Positions 63,401 to 64,000 of a DNA stretch of 64,000 nucleotides are shown one piece after another. Location: IMG/VR virus record IMGVR_UViG_3300043427_003501, positions 1-64,000 of that record. One strand, given 5' to 3'. The first letter of the stretch is position 1. Each line of letters opens with the position of its first letter. The notes under the pieces were generated by a model. It ran no database searches. It was not told where the DNA came from and saw nothing but the letters and a program-made list of their open reading frames with translations. Origin of the DNA: a virus. Position numbers and translations under genes: made by a program.

Positions 63401-64000
63401 ACCTCAACTGGCGGCGGCGATCCAATCTTCTTTTCGCCTTCCGGACTTACGATTGATGGTTCCAAAAACTATCTGGTTCGGGCTCGAGTGAAGCGTACAG
63501 CGGGTAGTGGGTGGGACGGAACTCTTTTTTATGTCACTGCGGGCCATACTTTTAGTGCCCTTTATTACAAAGTAATTCCCGATACTACGATTCTGAATGA
63601 GTGGGTGGTGCTGGAATGGGATATGTCCACGCAACAAGCTGGCGGAACGGATTGGACGACAAATACTATCACCCAAATCCGACTGGATTTGGGTGCAACA
63701 CTTGCGGCTGCAGATGTATTTCAGATTGACTGGGTCACGATTGGGCGCACAGCTCCGCAAACCTACAGTGCTGCCATTCAACAGGAGATCACAACTCGCG
63801 CCACTCAAACGGGCGATATCTTTGCAAAGTATGGCATCAAGGTTGATGTTGCAGGGCATGTGTCAGGTTTTGGCCTGATTTCGACAGCTAACGACGCAAC
63901 TCCGACCAGCGAGTTCGGCATTCGCGCCGACAAGTTCTGGATTGCTGGACCCTCCGTTTCCCAGGCGACTGCACCGACTGCTAACCTGTACAAGGGCTAC
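51476..64000 (+). CDS. giant tail tip/central fibre protein J, 3' truncated by the window (at least 4175 codons; missing from ORF track)
   Basis: ATG at 51476; LDLLGEGEIAGL, NYPNSAL, YSNNPAWVLYD, FGCTSRGQA.R.GKW.L, FN3-like domains, coiled-coil repeats, then KYGIKVD.AGHVSGFGL...F.IRADKF (DUF1983-like); same frame at 61346, 62345 and 63782 (spot checks, not every codon). Confidence 0.9.
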   Translation, partial: MNEVKDSLQSRALLSILDLLGEGEIAGLVNGDRSIFFNETPLRNADGTYNFKGVTTAGTYGTNNQSPLTGFGNSVETPYNIGVKLSFLTPYTFAVTNSAADLARVIINIPGLSKTNSENGDINGTTVEYKFQLSTDGGPFQDVAVDAAYVDDVTWSQVGGYWQVTAPAGSSKLTASITATSTGNGVGQIVFQPQEFNGTSWVNLGETKTVEVIGAWENSYSEAPAFKTRASLSMPVESVYSTIRFVPVSVRLDSGTSISPAQGNASYWKRSPTVTISGKTRSKYQRSHILSLPTPRTSAQIRVTRLTADAADSLTVNETWIESFTEITSLNINYPNSALVGVRIDAQQFNSIPSRAYLVDGLKIQVPSNYNPVTRVYTGVWNGTFQTAYSNNPAWVLYDVLTNNRYGLGNYLTPSQVDKAALYTIGKYCDELVPDGQGGTEPRFTINTVIQNAADAYKVIMDITSAFRGMAFWDGGVVGLMQDSPADPSMLYTNANVVDGMFSYTGSARKDRHSVVHVTWNDPSDNYKRKVEYVEDPELIQRFGIRRTDTLAFGCTSRGQAARVGKWILYTERYESDVIQFKVGVDSAFLSPGEIIKIHDRDKSGKRFGGRLVSCTTTGATLDSAIELTAGTTVISLMMPDGTFVERTLDQTNGTFLNVTWAQALTQLPVADAVWMASQGTLSPMLARVIGIAQGEDNTFEISAVEHNPSKFGAIELGLALQTQTTSIIDPKFVDTPESLLTVERQLLNDLGQPEIRLSISWYSNAGRHEIAYRNVSVDRGSNWTQLTIENQNFFEIVNPSLGEYEIAITAINPLGRRSKTARINHIVVGKVANSDLPTDLTIRPIFSGIALTWTNAGNKDFSGVEIWRNASNAIGSAQHIDTTASSTYTDMTVDAADGERFYWIRAFDVYGNTTSYVGPVNGSALDLPEGTYDPTPPPAPTNVTTKSIVGGVVVSWDAPTYSNHQVAEIWRATSNILGEALLIDVTASNSYIDYVGNTGTYYYWVRFLSVSDIAGPYQGVNGVVGTPVADPAFLLDLLSGAITEGELYQGLNDRLDLIDGNGAGSVNARVALEAANSALALAQEIDARSTADAIFAQVDSALSSAASSTNQSLSTEINARAAADSILTAAAAAGASSTQATAASLVQEQNARSLAEAALAATDASFAAQLASTASALASETDARLSSDAILSATNAVIGTQIQDAANALLQEQNARSVADSVISAANNSTAAAVQNAAASLIAETRDRLAADSSLTSVASALGTQLLNATSSIDAEAGARAASDAVLAATSTVIGTQVQDAAIALLQEQNARTVADATLSATSGALSAAIAEAATNLIAEQASREATDALLSAANAATTAQAQATSAALADELNARTLADSTISAVTATLGTQVQDAANSLLAEQSARAQADSTIAAATQATEIRAQDAAAAVLQEKNAREVADTIFAAADAATDIRAATISASLQTEIDARALADSLNAARADVFEVRSAEIANSVVAEIATRATADSTIQAALNAVDATAGQAVAAVFSEVDQRTTADSAIAAISSGLIAAQAGNAAAIHTEQQARADADSASAGVSATLAAASAASAAALTVEQGVRADADSANATATVSLGAAVGQNAAALIVEQQVRSDSDSAAATASTSLAAAVGANTAAIQSEVAVRAGETGALASQVTAIGVALDDKASVSSVNSLALDIQTIDGELTAQGQQIAALSASINTGTEELQAALEIEQLVRASETEALTSTTTLLQAQTSENAAAIQNEALARATADSAEAAQRVILSARVDSAELGIASNAAALVTEQQVRADADSSAAAQVSQLSAVTAASFAAIQTEQQTRSDADGAVASQLSQLSATDAANTAAIQTEQQTRADADSATASQLSGLYAATQANAASVQVEQQARADADAASAAQTSALAATTAANSAALLVEQQARTDADSATASQVTSLASSVAAGDSTNAAALIVEQQTRADSDSALSTQVGVLTASASSNAAAIQIEQQARADADSAASTQVATLAAQSANTVAGLVSEQQVRADSDSAASLQINSLGATAAANSSALATEQQARADETSALSSQVTSLSAQVTIGDQSSAAAILVEQQARADADSAAASQVLSLAASTATSAAALSAEQDVRASADAASASQVSSLAASLGDNSAGIQAEQLARADADSAFAQQSTTLAAATAAASAGLVAEQLARADEDSALSSQIVGLVANVGANNAALAVEQQARVDSDAAVASQVTALSASVAQGDTLVSAALAVEQQVRAESDSAISSQLTSLAATSEENAAAILVEQNARADADSATASQVTNLASGFGSNAAALLVEQQARTDADLATAGQITGLSAAVGTNVAGLTAEQQVRADSDSSFSGQLTSLVAATGATSAGLSAEQQARADADAATSSQLTTLSARVDLGDSANAAALTVEQQARADADSSVATQITTLAAATANTAAEITAEQQARADADSATAGQLLNLAATNATNAAALQVEQQVRADQTSALSQQTSILAAQVGDATAGILQEQNARATADAAQASLITGLQVSADTGFQINSAAIVQEQQARVDTDSAVANQITTLSAQAGQTSAGLVTEQQVRSDADSAFSSQVAGLAASTGANAAALTIEQQTRADQNSSLSSQVTSLAASSASNNAALQVEQQVRTDADLASAQQVTTLAAATAQTTAGLLSEQEVRATSDLALSATTAGLTAALGQANANILAEQQVRADADSSTASQIVALNATTGSNTAAILSEQTVRSDETAALASQITSITVALDDKASVTALNALDVQVQTIDGVVVAQGQQISQLLAEQTTDVAALEAAIEVETLVRAAETEALVQTTETLTASFNSNAAAIQQEATARADGDSAEAAQRLILAARVTATEGDIAASQAALSVEQTTRADADGALSGQVTSLSATSAGNAAALQVEQQVRADADSSTSSQLTSLTSAVGAAASSITVEQQTRADADASSASQIATLGSSTGSNTAAIQTEQQTRADADSASSLQVATLASSTASNTAGLVAEQQTRTDQGSALSSQITGLTATVGASTAALTVEQQARADADSAVASQVTSLAASVATGDTIVSSALTVEQQVRADADSATSAQVTSLAAAVGADSAALVVEQRTRADQDISLSSQVTSLSAGFSSSNAALQFEQQTRADADSASASQVTTLAAQTASTSAGLLAEQQVRADADSSVSSTINGLTAATGQNASALLVEQQARADADSSAASQITALTASTGSNAAAILNEVSVRSSETSALASQISSMTVTLGEKASASALNALTVDVQTLDGEVTAQASQIAALTAAQTTDVADIRADLEIEQIVRASETEALTQTTETLTASFASNAAAIAQEAIARADADSAEAALRVALAATVATGDSTNSAALSVEQTTRADADSATSGQLTTLVSSVGSNAAAIITEQQTRADADGATSSQIATLASSTANTAATLVTEQQTRADADSAASSQVTTLAANTAATGAALQTEQQTRADADSASSLQVVTLAASTSNTSAGLVAEQQVRADQNSSLSSQVSALTANVGASAAGLIVEQTVRAQADSASAQQLTALAAATGNNAAALSSEITTRSSETSALASQITSLNTALGDKASASALNALTVDVQTLDGEVTAQASQIAALTAAQTTDVADIRADLEIEQIVRASETEALTQTTETLTSSVASNTAAIQQEATTRANADSAEAALRVQLEATVTSGDSTNSAAITTEATTRATADSAASGRIDALTASVGDARSAIITEQQVRSNADSSSAQQTTSLASAFGTNAAALVVEQQTRADADTASSSQTTTLSSAVGANAAALQTQAQTSSTADSALAAQSSILTANTASATAGLVAEAQARATANSAEVQQLSALVTSAGANSASIVAEQTARSNETSSLSTQVNTLSASTSANTAAITTEQTARANADSAMASEIRQVQAVATAFDAGIAWNFDSGVEGWTATSASASAANSVVTLTSTGGGDPIFFSPSGLTIDGSKNYLVRARVKRTAGSGWDGTLFYVTAGHTFSALYYKVIPDTTILNEWVVLEWDMSTQQAGGTDWTTNTITQIRLDLGATLAAADVFQIDWVTIGRTAPQTYSAAIQQEITTRATQTGDIFAKYGIKVDVAGHVSGFGLISTANDATPTSEFGIRADKFWIAGPSVSQATAPTANLYKGY
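54700..63290 (+). repeat. protein-level 32/36-aa repeats (EQQxRADADSA...) with four higher-order nodes
   Basis: Units start at 57080, 57176, 57272, 57380 and 57476 (96/108-nt spacing); (D/E)KAS...QTxDG nodes near 56528, 59804, 61304 and 62303. Confidence 0.9.

Noticed and set aside
51476-64000. Diversity-generating retroelement acting on the fibre
   Set aside because: No reverse transcriptase in the window; repeat differences are synonymous at all bases rather than adenine-specific. The gene's 3' end is outside the window

Overview
All 64 kb are a fragment of a tailed dsDNA phage with a long non-contractile, lambda-type tail tip (M-L-K-I-J). The gene set and order (class II RNR, ThyX, RNA ligase, DEDDh exonuclease, SF2 helicase, two ParB/Srx proteins, ABC ATPase, GNAT-like protein, terminase, portal, scaffold, capsid) resemble, from recall, SSU5/pHCM2-like phage-plasmids. 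No integrase or Rep gene is visible, so lifestyle is inferred. Layout: 0.6-9.2 kb nucleotide metabolism, tRNA-Tyr, tRNA-Thr and a structured leader RNA; 9.2-22 kb many small accessory genes; 22-26.4 kb a repeat-rich, largely non-coding zone with two paralogous genes; 26.5-33.8 kb helicase and a ParB/ABC/GNAT locus; 33.9-64 kb packaging, head and tail genes. The last gene is a J-type tail-tip ORF of at least 4,175 codons that the ORF track misses because it runs off the window. Top leads: (1) repeated modules of polar GRGTACGG motifs, CCTAGG clusters and CTCCTATAAG iteron-like repeats in front of a family of paralogous putative DNA-binding proteins; (2) about 20 AGTCA-N4-TGACT palindromes on promoters across the window, with a candidate RHH repressor; (3) a giant hierarchical coiled-coil tail fibre whose protein-identical repeats are synonymously recoded; (4) a terminase-linked ParB-ParB-ABC-GNAT putative DNA-modification locus; (5) an unexplained ~90-nt structured RNA heading the tRNA operon. 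All family assignments come from motif recognition by eye, not database searches.
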